Virus record (IMG/VR): IMGVR_UViG_3300035698_027961
Span: 1-64,000 of that record
Direction: 5' to 3' (one strand)
Length of the DNA stretch: 64,000 nt
Source: a virus
The notes below the pieces were generated by a model. The model ran no database searches, was not told the DNA's origin, and worked only from the letters and a program-made list of their open reading frames with translations. Shown piece after piece: positions 8,395 to 16,455 of the stretch. The position numbers and the translations under genes are program-made. How positions within the stretch are numbered: position 1 is the stretch's first letter; every line of letters starts with the position of its first letter.

Positions 8395-10151
8395 TCCTCT
8401 TCTTCTGACTTTACGTAATCTGTTAAACTTGCTTTTTCCATTTTCTGACTAACTTTATCTGGGTCTACAGATGATGTCGTTCTTAGGTAGTAAAGACCCT
8501 TAAGGCCCTGCTTCCAGGCCTGAAGATGAACCTTCATAACGAACGACTTATCGGTTCCGTTAGGGAAGAATAGATTGACCGACTGACCCTGGCAGATAAA
8601 TGGCTGCCTATCTGCCGCGTGCTGAACCACCCATTGTTGATCGATTTCAAATGCGGTCTTAAAGACTAACTTTTCATACTCGGATAGAAACTCTAGATGT
8701 TGAGCGCTTCCTGCGTTAGTGATGATTGAGCTCCAAACCTGGGCTCTTTCATCCTCCGGAACTCTGTCATTAACAATCTTTTCTAGATATGGGTTGGTAA
8801 CTAAGTGAGAGCCAATTCTAGTTCTGTGAGTATATGCGTTTGACTTTCTGGGCTCAATTGATGGAGACGTGCAAGCAATAATTGAGCTGTTGGCATTCGG
8901 AGCTATTGCTAGAAGGTGGCTATTTCTTTTATTGTCTAGATCTCCAGCATCAGGATAGGTTCCTCTTTCTTCGGCTAGCTCGACAGAAGAAGCGATAGCG
9001 TCTCGATTAATTCGCTCAAACATTTCCTTATTGATTCCGGTGGCTATCGCGGACTCCCATGGAACTCCCAGCTTCTGAAGGTAAGCGTGAAATCCCATCG
9101 CGCCCAGGCCGAGGGATCTTTCCCTTTGGGCGCTATAAGTAGCTCTACTTAGTGTATCTGGAGCGTTTTCAATAAATGCGTCAAGAACATTATCTAGCAT
9201 TCTAATCATATCCTTGACTAAATTGGTATCTTTCCACTCGTCATACTTTTCTAAGTTAAGGCTGGAAAGGCAGCATACAGCTGTTCTGTCAGCGGATGTC
9301 GGGAGATGAATCTCATTGCACAAATTTGAACCGTTAATCTTTAAGCCCAGAGCCTTAAGTGATGCCGGAAGATGCTTGTTTGCAGTATCAATAAAGTTTA
9401 AGTATGGCTCGCCGGTCTTAAACCTGGTCTCAATTATTCTCTGCATTAAATGACGCGCCTTAACAGCCTCCTTTACTTCTTTGCTGGCAGGATCAATTAG
9501 ATCCCACATATCTCCATTTACTACGGCCTTCATAAAATCATCAGTCAGGTTGACTGCGTTATGAAGGTTAAGGCACTTACGATTCGGGTCTCCACCGGTT
9601 GGGTCTCTGAAGTTAATAAACTCTATGATATCAGGATGGGAAATATCCATATAGGCGGCGTAAGATCCCTTTCGCGTCTTTCCCTGACGAAATGCGTTCA
9701 TATCCGCATCTACTGTTTTTAGGAATGGTATAGGGCCAGGAGACTTATCAGAAATAGATCTGACTTCGCTCCAGTGGCCGCCAACTCCGCCACCCTTGAC
9801 GCTGAGCCATCTTAGCTCCGCACTATGATCGATGATTCCTTCTAAATTATCCGGAACCATGCTTAGAAAACATGATATTGGAAGAGCCTTCCATTTTCCG
9901 CCCGGTGCCGGAGAGTTTGATAAGATGGGGCTAGAGAACATAAAATAGCCTAAAGAAACATAGTCATAAATTCTTTGAGCAAATTCCAAATCACCCTTGG
10001 AGGTAGATGCTGAAGCTCTAGCAAGACCCTCCTGGATGGATTCACCATCAGCTAAGTAGTATTTCCTTAATAGAGTTTGGGAAAATTCATCTAAAAGTGA
10101 ATCTCTATCCTGTTCAATTTTTATTCCATAAATGTAGTTATCCGTAGACAA
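8373..10151 (-). CDS. nrdA: Ribonucleotide reductase class I alpha subunit (no ATP cone)
   Basis: PISCF, GGGVG, SNLCNEI, APNANSS, GLYYLR and C-terminal CLAC. TTG start with GGAGG RBS. Confidence 0.96.
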   Translation of the reverse strand: MSTDNYIYGIKIEQDRDSLLDEFSQTLLRKYYLADGESIQEGLARASASTSKGDLEFAQRIYDYVSLGYFMFSSPILSNSPAPGGKWKALPISCFLSMVPDNLEGIIDHSAELRWLSVKGGGVGGHWSEVRSISDKSPGPIPFLKTVDADMNAFRQGKTRKGSYAAYMDISHPDIIEFINFRDPTGGDPNRKCLNLHNAVNLTDDFMKAVVNGDMWDLIDPASKEVKEAVKARHLMQRIIETRFKTGEPYLNFIDTANKHLPASLKALGLKINGSNLCNEIHLPTSADRTAVCCLSSLNLEKYDEWKDTNLVKDMIRMLDNVLDAFIENAPDTLSRATYSAQRERSLGLGAMGFHAYLQKLGVPWESAIATGINKEMFERINRDAIASSVELAEERGTYPDAGDLDNKRNSHLLAIAPNANSSIIACTSPSIEPRKSNAYTHRTRIGSHLVTNPYLEKIVNDRVPEDERAQVWSSIITNAGSAQHLEFLSEYEKLVFKTAFEIDQQWVVQHAADRQPFICQGQSVNLFFPNGTDKSFVMKVHLQAWKQGLKGLYYLRTTSSVDPDKVSQKMEKASLTDYVKSEEEECLACQG

Positions 10152-10174
10152 GTAGACCTCCGTGTTGTCCTATT

Positions 10175-10204
10175 AAATAAAGGTACCCTGATTGCAGAGT
10201 ACCT
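10175..10204 (-). terminator. Terminator-like hairpin just upstream of the nrdA RBS
   Basis: Minus strand AGGTACTCTG-CAAT-CAGGGTACCT (10-bp stem with one G-U pair) followed by TTATTT. Confidence 0.5.
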
Positions 10205-10327
10205 CTTTAAAAAATTAAACTAATTCGCAAACAAAGCTACAAGTTGTATCGCTTTGATAATATTGCTTTAGTGTATAATATCTCTTCAGATTAGTAGCTA
10301 GTATAAGAAATATTCAGCCCAAAAGTT

Positions 10328-10343
10328 TATCAACATATTGTAT
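10328..10343. promoter_or_regulatory. NrdR-box-like site upstream of nrdAB
   Basis: tatCAACATATTGtat matches the NrdR core CWAYATNTWG. A weaker copy, aagCTACAAGTTGtat, lies at 10234-10249. Confidence 0.4.
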
Positions 10344-10369
10344 ATCAATAACTTTGACTTTGTTTTTTT

Positions 10370-10912
10370 TTATTCATCTTTTTTATCGGGGTTGAATTGC
10401 CCCGTGTACTCTCCGTTCTTCCAAACTCGAACCATATTTGTCTGCTCAGAAAGAGTAAAAACAGCAAGAACATCCTTCCTGGTTGAGAAGGATGCCGCTG
10501 TAATATGTCGGGTTCCGGTACCTTCAGGAATTCCTAATGTTGGATCATCAACAGTTAGATAAACTTTGTCACCTATAACTTGACCATCCTGATTAATAAT
10601 GATGGCTCCATCATCACCCGAGTCAAATATTGTAACGCAATCTTCTTTAAACTGCGGAAAGTTAACATTAACATAAATATCCATCTTATCATTTGTTAAC
10701 TTTCTCATGCCCTCGACCGAAGTTGTATTGGCAGAACCGAAAACACCCAGGACTATCATCGCCCCTACCTTATTCCCCTCTTTAAAATTCTTTTCAGATA
10801 TCTCTGTTAAGTATGTATATATTTTCTTCTCCGTTTTCTCTCTAGCTAAATTAAGCTGAAATGAAAAATCAATTACCGGCCCCCTTCCTGGCGCTACGTC
10901 TTCGGATTCCAT
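10370..10912 (-). CDS. Stand-alone diadenylate cyclase (DisA_N/DAC domain)
   Basis: GAMIVLG, DDGAIII (catalytic DGA), GTGTRHITAA (RHR-like, third residue Ile) and VFTLSEQTNMVRVWKNG. No transmembrane or DisA HhH domain. Confidence 0.85.
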   Translation of the reverse strand: MESEDVAPGRGPVIDFSFQLNLAREKTEKKIYTYLTEISEKNFKEGNKVGAMIVLGVFGSANTTSVEGMRKLTNDKMDIYVNVNFPQFKEDCVTIFDSGDDGAIIINQDGQVIGDKVYLTVDDPTLGIPEGTGTRHITAASFSTRKDVLAVFTLSEQTNMVRVWKNGEYTGQFNPDKKDE

Positions 10913-10929
10913 AAAACCCCCTCGATGTT

Positions 10930-10937
10930 ATAATACC
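10930..10937 (-). promoter_or_regulatory. Putative -10-like promoter motif GGTATTAT upstream of the DAC gene
   Basis: One of five intergenic GGTAHTAT copies (10930, 16350, 23086, 27978, 44354), all on the minus strand upstream of gene blocks. Confidence 0.5.
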
Positions 10938-10986
10938 CCAGGGGTCAGACTGCGTTAGCTCAAACTCAAATGAGGACTGAATTTTG

Positions 10987-12378
10987 TCAATACTTTAGAA
11001 ATCCCTCGTGGTTAAATCCATAGCTGATGGAGTAGCCCCTTTCGTCTTTTGTTTTGATAATTACTTGACCTCCCCATATTTGCTGCAGATACTCAGCAAC
11101 CTTCTCAATATGCTTCGGGTCCAGTGTTCCAACGTCAGCGCTCTCGTGAATAAGCCTTAGTCTTTCCTGGCTTGCTGAATCAATATAAATTAAAGGAGTT
11201 CTGTAGTTATATATTTTTGCAGCTTGGCTCTCAACTACATCTTTTGCACTTCTGCTTTCAATTTTAATATATTCATCTTTATTTCTGTCGTAATCTGTCT
11301 TATAAGTAAACATTTCAAGCCTATCAACAATTTCTTGAGTAAGGTACTTTCTTAGAAATGATATGTCGTCCTCTTCTGAGCAAACCTCTAAGATCTTTTC
11401 AAAACCGGTTATGATTGACTCGCCATGCTTATACTTTAGATCCCACTTCTCTTTTATATCATTCAAAATAGTGAAGCCAAGAAAATAAGGATTTATATCG
11501 AGCTTACTTCCTCCCGGCTGAACAACTCTTTCATGAATCTTGACGAACTCGATATACTCTGATGGCGATAGATGATCTTCTCCCATCAGATACATTAGCT
11601 CAGCATGAATATAGCTAGCTAAGCCCTCGTTCATAATCTTTGTATAGTATTGCGGATAGAAATAAAATGACTCCTCTCTAATAATATTAAAGATGTCCTT
11701 TTCCCATGGCTCTGCGCTAGAATAATTGGCTAAAAACCACAGCAGATCATATTCTTTTGATGGCGGGAAACTATCATTCATAATCTTTTCTTCGTATCCG
11801 AGATTATCAATTCCATATAGATCATCAAACTCACCCTGTTCCTTTTTCTGAAGAACCTTTTTCTTAGGCGCATACTTGGGACGATGAACACCCTTATGCC
11901 AGTCTATATTCTTCTCTAGAGCGAAAGCAATGTCCATAATTCTCTCTACTTTCTCAATTCCATATTGGGATATGTACTCCTCAACCTTTTCCGCCCTCTC
12001 TGCGGCACGCATAACCATGCCACGGTCTGTCTTTTTAAATAGATAATTATTTTTAAAGAAATGGTTATGACCGAGAACGTGAGCTATAACCATGGTGTTG
12101 GCAATATCAGAATTTGACTCAAGAAGAAAAGCTCGGCAGGGATCTGAGTTTAGCACTAATTCATATACCTTAGACGTTCCCATGGTTCCCTGAATCTTCT
12201 GATACTCATAGCTCTGTCCGTAACTCCAGTGCCTAGCTCTAACCGGAAGTCCGTAGCTCATAATCTCTAAAAGAACTTCTTCCGGAACTACTTCCCAGAT
12301 GGTCTCAAACATATCTAGACCCATCTCTTTTGCCTTCTCAACAAACCATTCAGCCCTATCTGCTAAAACTTTCTTCAT
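10987..12378 (-). CDS. spoVR: SpoVR/YcgB family protein
   Basis: YGLPVRARHWSYG, YELVLNSDP, AHVLGHNHFFKNN, YFYPQ..TKIMNEG.ASY.H and NPYFLG. Confidence 0.93.
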   Translation of the reverse strand: MKKVLADRAEWFVEKAKEMGLDMFETIWEVVPEEVLLEIMSYGLPVRARHWSYGQSYEYQKIQGTMGTSKVYELVLNSDPCRAFLLESNSDIANTMVIAHVLGHNHFFKNNYLFKKTDRGMVMRAAERAEKVEEYISQYGIEKVERIMDIAFALEKNIDWHKGVHRPKYAPKKKVLQKKEQGEFDDLYGIDNLGYEEKIMNDSFPPSKEYDLLWFLANYSSAEPWEKDIFNIIREESFYFYPQYYTKIMNEGLASYIHAELMYLMGEDHLSPSEYIEFVKIHERVVQPGGSKLDINPYFLGFTILNDIKEKWDLKYKHGESIITGFEKILEVCSEEDDISFLRKYLTQEIVDRLEMFTYKTDYDRNKDEYIKIESRSAKDVVESQAAKIYNYRTPLIYIDSASQERLRLIHESADVGTLDPKHIEKVAEYLQQIWGGQVIIKTKDERGYSISYGFNHEGFLKY

Positions 12379-13553
12379 TATTTCTTGTCCTTCTTGGAGT
12401 TGTCAATGTTGAAAAACTTTTTAAGACCTGCGTAAACATCGTCATTCTTTTTAAACTGCATCGACATAAATCTGGTTCTTTTAATGTTCTCATTAAAGTA
12501 ATTTGATAGAAGCTTTTCGGGCCTAAACCATGCGCTATCAGTACTCTTATCCAACATTACTTCGCCATAACCCATGGCCCTGACTAGTGGCATTAGCTTC
12601 TCAGCATACTCTAAACATATAATATTGTCATCTGAATAGTTATCACCATCACTGAACTCGAAAACATAATTATTCCACTCATCAGGAGAATGATGAGTTT
12701 TTATATGGTCATAGGCGAACTTGAATGATGAACTGCAGCATGTTCCGCCAGACGCACTAATGGTAAAGAATTCTTTCTCAGTGACTTCAAAAGCTTTAAT
12801 ATCATGAGCCACAAATACCAATTCTATTTTCTTATACTTTCTTCTTAAAAATTGAACCATCCAGAAGTAAAAAGACTTAGCTATATGAGTCTTTTCCTTA
12901 TCCATGGAGCCGCTTCTATCCATCATTAAGTATATTGCTGCATTAGAATGATAATCTTTCTCTTCTTCCCAATCTTTAAACCTTAAATCTTCTTTTTTGA
13001 AGACTCCAACCTTAGGATTGCCTTTGGCCGCGTTTCTCTTTAAGTTTTCTTTCAAACTTCTCCTGATATCTATGCTGGAAAAGGGACCCTTCTTTGAAAT
13101 AGAATTAACTTCATCATTAGTAATCTCTACCTGCGTGTTATTCTTAGGATCAATCCACGGAAGGTCTAGCTCATCCAGCATAATATTGACAAGCTCGTCT
13201 ACAGTAATTTCGGCTTCAAAGATTCTTTCACCATCTTCATTGCCGGCAGGACCATCTTGGTCTCCGTTACCTTTCTTGATTTTAAACTTATCACCTGGCT
13301 GTCCAGCTAGCCCCTGACCAGTTCCCGCTTCATCATTAATTTTCCCGTACTTAAGCCTATACTTATCAAGGAATTTGATTGGCACCTTTATCTTTTTGTC
13401 GCCGTCAGACTGAATGATGTCGTACTCTGTAATGAGCTGCTTACCATTCGTTCTGATAGCCTTCTCGACCAGCTCTTTGTGCCGGTCTGAGTCTCTCTTG
13501 CCTCTCTTTTTAAGGCCCCAGATATCTGAAAGGCTATCATACTTTTGAGTCAT
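12378..13553 (-). CDS. yhbH: YhbH/YeaH (DUF444) vWA-domain protein
   Basis: DSDRH, GTGQG, MIDAS DRSGSM, FVAH, SGGT and FSDGDN. Lies between prkA and spoVR. Confidence 0.92.
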   Translation of the reverse strand: MTQKYDSLSDIWGLKKRGKRDSDRHKELVEKAIRTNGKQLITEYDIIQSDGDKKIKVPIKFLDKYRLKYGKINDEAGTGQGLAGQPGDKFKIKKGNGDQDGPAGNEDGERIFEAEITVDELVNIMLDELDLPWIDPKNNTQVEITNDEVNSISKKGPFSSIDIRRSLKENLKRNAAKGNPKVGVFKKEDLRFKDWEEEKDYHSNAAIYLMMDRSGSMDKEKTHIAKSFYFWMVQFLRRKYKKIELVFVAHDIKAFEVTEKEFFTISASGGTCCSSSFKFAYDHIKTHHSPDEWNNYVFEFSDGDNYSDDNIICLEYAEKLMPLVRAMGYGEVMLDKSTDSAWFRPEKLLSNYFNENIKRTRFMSMQFKKNDDVYAGLKKFFNIDNSKKDKK

Positions 13554-13565
13554 TATAGTTCCTTG

Positions 13566-15470
13566 TTACTTAGAGGCCATTAGGGAGCTTACATATCGAA
13601 GCAGCTGGTTAGCACTTTCAGTATTGTACTGATACTTTTCACATAGGGTTTTGATTACAACGTTGATCTTCTTGAGCTCTTCCTCATCAGGATTTCTGGA
13701 AGATACTGTCATCTTAATAACAGCGGAACGCTCTTGAAATAGCTGCTTCTCTAGGGCATCCTTAAGAGCCGGGTGATCTTGATAATTGGAGTTGCTTCTA
13801 AGCATCTTGCGGAATATCTCCTGACGGAAAGACCTCTTTCCGGATTCGGAAATTCCAACCTTCTCTTCGATGCTTCTCATCAGTGGCTCGCTTGGCTCCA
13901 CTGTATTTCCCCATTCATCAGACACCTGACCTCCGTCTAGGAATGCTTCGGCGTGCTGCATATAATTGGATAGAAGATTCTTAATTTCATCCTCAAAGTT
14001 AACAAAGAAAGCCTTCTGAACATCATTCTTTGCCATCTTCTCGTACTCCTCAAGAACGTATAGAAGAACATTCTCAAGTCTTTCGGATTCCTTCTTATCT
14101 ACCTTCGGATTGCTCTTAAGGCCATCCTTCAGTGATCGAACGATATCTAGAGGAGTGATTGATGATAGATTATCCTCAGATAGCTTTGAAGAAATTCTAT
14201 TGATAACGTATCTAGGTGAAACTCCAACCATTCCCTCATCATCAAATTCTTTTTTAAACTTGGAAGACTCAGCCTTAGTAAAGCCCTCAACGTCCTCATC
14301 ATTATACATCTTCATCTTCTTGAGAAGTGATAGTCCCTGGTTATTAGATTCCTTAAGGCGAGATAAAATTGCAAACATTGCAGCGCAGGTTAGGGTGTGA
14401 GGAGCAATATGCCTTCCTTCAAAGTTTGCCTGGTTAATCAACTTCTCATAGATCTTGACTTCACTGTCAACAGAAAGATTATATGGAACCTTAACAACAA
14501 TAGTTCTATCGTGAAGTGCCTCCATCTCATCCTTGGCTAGAAATCTTTCAAACTCTGTAAAGTTGGTATGAGCTACGACAAACTCATCAGCCCAGATAAG
14601 AGGAAATCTTCCGGTCTTAATATTCTTTTCTTGGGCCAGGGTTAGAAGAACATACAGAAACTTCTGATCAACCTTAAGCATCTCAACGAATTCCATAATT
14701 CCACGGTTAGCTACGTTGAGTTCTCCATCAAAGCGGTAAGCTCTAGGGTCTGATTCGGAGCCATATTCTCCAACGGTACTTAAATCAATGGAGCCAACTA
14801 ACTCTGAAATATCTTGGCTCTTTTTATCGGAAGGAACAAAAGTACCAATCCCGATTCTTCCGCGCTCAGAGAAGAACGTTCTTTTGACTGGCAACTTCAT
14901 AAAGTCACCATGGTACTTCTCCTTCAGAACTAGATCCATAATAGGGCTCAGGTTGCCGTCAATCTTGATGCCATATTCACTGTGAAATGAATGCCTCAGA
15001 TCTTCAGGAATTGCGCACAATGGGTCCTCATGCATTGGAGACTCGGAAAGTGAAAATGTTGCTCCTTCGTCTGTCTTGGAAAATTGCTCAAGGCCCCTCT
15101 TTAGAAGAATGGCTAGCTGAGACTTTCCGGAAGAGGTTGGTCCGTACATTAATAGAATTCTGCGGCTAACTTCACTGCCAGATGCCGCAGCTCTAAGATA
15201 GGACATTAGATCATGAATTGGCTCATCAACTCCGAAGAGGTCTTCTTCGAAGAATTTGTACTTTACAATGTTTCCGGATTCATCTCTATCAACTCCCCTG
15301 GAATCAATCATCCTGAGTACTCTTTGGTGTGCAGTCATATGAATCTTTGGATTATTGGTGACAATTTCTATGTAATCCTTTAGTGTTCCTGACCACTCAA
15401 GGCTCTTACTAGCCTCAGCGTGATCGCTAAGCCTAGATAAAAAATTATCGAATTTACTTATTTGAGCCAT
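13566..15470 (-). CDS. prkA: PrkA/YeaG family AAA+ ATPase (annotated serine kinase)
   Basis: Walker A GPTSSGKS, SPMHEDPL, QDISELVG, DPRAYRFDGELNVANRGIMEFVEMLK, EALHDR and GVSPRY. Confidence 0.95.
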   Translation of the reverse strand: MAQISKFDNFLSRLSDHAEASKSLEWSGTLKDYIEIVTNNPKIHMTAHQRVLRMIDSRGVDRDESGNIVKYKFFEEDLFGVDEPIHDLMSYLRAAASGSEVSRRILLMYGPTSSGKSQLAILLKRGLEQFSKTDEGATFSLSESPMHEDPLCAIPEDLRHSFHSEYGIKIDGNLSPIMDLVLKEKYHGDFMKLPVKRTFFSERGRIGIGTFVPSDKKSQDISELVGSIDLSTVGEYGSESDPRAYRFDGELNVANRGIMEFVEMLKVDQKFLYVLLTLAQEKNIKTGRFPLIWADEFVVAHTNFTEFERFLAKDEMEALHDRTIVVKVPYNLSVDSEVKIYEKLINQANFEGRHIAPHTLTCAAMFAILSRLKESNNQGLSLLKKMKMYNDEDVEGFTKAESSKFKKEFDDEGMVGVSPRYVINRISSKLSEDNLSSITPLDIVRSLKDGLKSNPKVDKKESERLENVLLYVLEEYEKMAKNDVQKAFFVNFEDEIKNLLSNYMQHAEAFLDGGQVSDEWGNTVEPSEPLMRSIEEKVGISESGKRSFRQEIFRKMLRSNSNYQDHPALKDALEKQLFQERSAVIKMTVSSRNPDEEELKKINVVIKTLCEKYQYNTESANQLLRYVSSLMASK

Positions 15471-15480
15471 TAAAATAACC

Positions 15481-15774
15481 TCACTTTTTATATGGATTTA
15501 ACTTGTCACCGTAGATATCATCCATGGCTCGCCTATCGCCAGACCGGACCTTCTCTACAGTTTTTCTAACTTCTTCTTTTGCGTCCATCATTATCTGGTC
15601 GCGGTCCTTGTCAACAGTGCCGCTGACAGCAATTATCTTCTGATATAGTACTCCATTTTCACAAACGGTGCATTTTATTTTCTCTTTTTTTAATCTGACA
15701 AATTCAGGAACGCTGTAATGTCTGGATTGTATATCGTTGCATGATTCGCAACAGAATGTGTATTTAGGCATCAT
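15481..15774 (-). CDS. FmdB-like zinc-ribbon protein
   Basis: MMPKYTFCCESC...KCTVCENG (MP.Y.Y.C..C...C..C pattern). Start moved from 15789 to the ATG at 15774. Confidence 0.7.
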   Translation of the reverse strand: MMPKYTFCCESCNDIQSRHYSVPEFVRLKKEKIKCTVCENGVLYQKIIAVSGTVDKDRDQIMMDAKEEVRKTVEKVRSGDRRAMDDIYGDKLNPYKK

Positions 15775-15952
15775 CGTCTCCGGACACAAATATTATCTTA
15801 TCATTCTCAATGATTAACTTTCCAGATAAAGAGAGATCCCTTAGTATTTTCTTTTTAAACTTAGGGTCAGTAATTGAAACAGTAAGTTCTAAAGAGCCAT
15901 CCTCTTCATTGAAGAGGATGTTTTTAATCTTGCCTACATTATTTTTCTGCAT
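15764..15952 (-). CDS. Hypothetical protein
   Basis: 62-aa ORF overlapping both neighbours. Confidence 0.6.
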   Translation of the reverse strand: MQKNNVGKIKNILFNEEDGSLELTVSITDPKFKKKILRDLSLSGKLIIENDKIIFVSGDDDA

Positions 15953-16253
15953 TTTCTATATAATGCCTAATGGCCTTAATTATATGAGCATTGTCTGAAT
16001 CAAGCATCCAAAGAAATTCGCTCTTGTCCAAAATTTTAATAGCGCTAGAAATACCAATCAGAAAGTCTCTCTCGAAGAAGACGCACGGGGTAATGAATTG
16101 ATTCACATGTTCATTATTATTACTGCTGCTTTCTTCGTTTGCATATGCTAGCCTAATACAGCTCTTATTTATTGATACTACAACATACTTCTCTTCTCCG
16201 ATTTCAATCAAATCATGGGTTTTAAGCTTGCTGATTTTTATTGTTTCTTCCAA
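15939..16253 (-). CDS. Hypothetical protein
   Basis: 104-aa ORF, first gene after the promoter motif at 16350. Confidence 0.6.
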   Translation of the reverse strand: MEETIKISKLKTHDLIEIGEEKYVVVSINKSCIRLAYANEESSSNNNEHVNQFITPCVFFERDFLIGISSAIKILDKSEFLWMLDSDNAHIIKAIRHYIENAEK

Positions 16254-16349
16254 TTTATATGGCCTTCGGTTGTGGGTTTATTAAAATTACTTAATTGCGA
16301 ACACCTAATATGTTAGACGCGTCCTACATGATACATCGTGCATCTCTAT

Positions 16350-16357
16350 ATAGTACC
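16350..16357 (-). promoter_or_regulatory. Putative promoter motif GGTACTAT heading the prkA-spoVR block
   Basis: Member of the recurring GGTAHTAT set. Confidence 0.45.
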
Positions 16358-16421
16358 CGCACTTTCAAATAAGCTATAATTTTTATCACATTGGGTAATG
16401 AGATAATCACAGCAAAATATG

Positions 16422-16437
16422 CACCTATATATAGGTG
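16422..16437. promoter_or_regulatory. Perfect 16-bp palindrome CACCTATATATAGGTG (operator or terminator)
   Basis: Exact inverted repeat ~20 nt after the dnaB stop. Its core CTATATATAG also fits the NrdR-box core. Confidence 0.45.
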
Positions 16438-16455
16438 TCGAGCTCATCCGTAAAA

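Noticed and set aside
10913-10986. c-di-AMP riboswitch upstream of the DAC gene
   Set aside because: The gap is only 74 nt and lacks the ydaO architecture.
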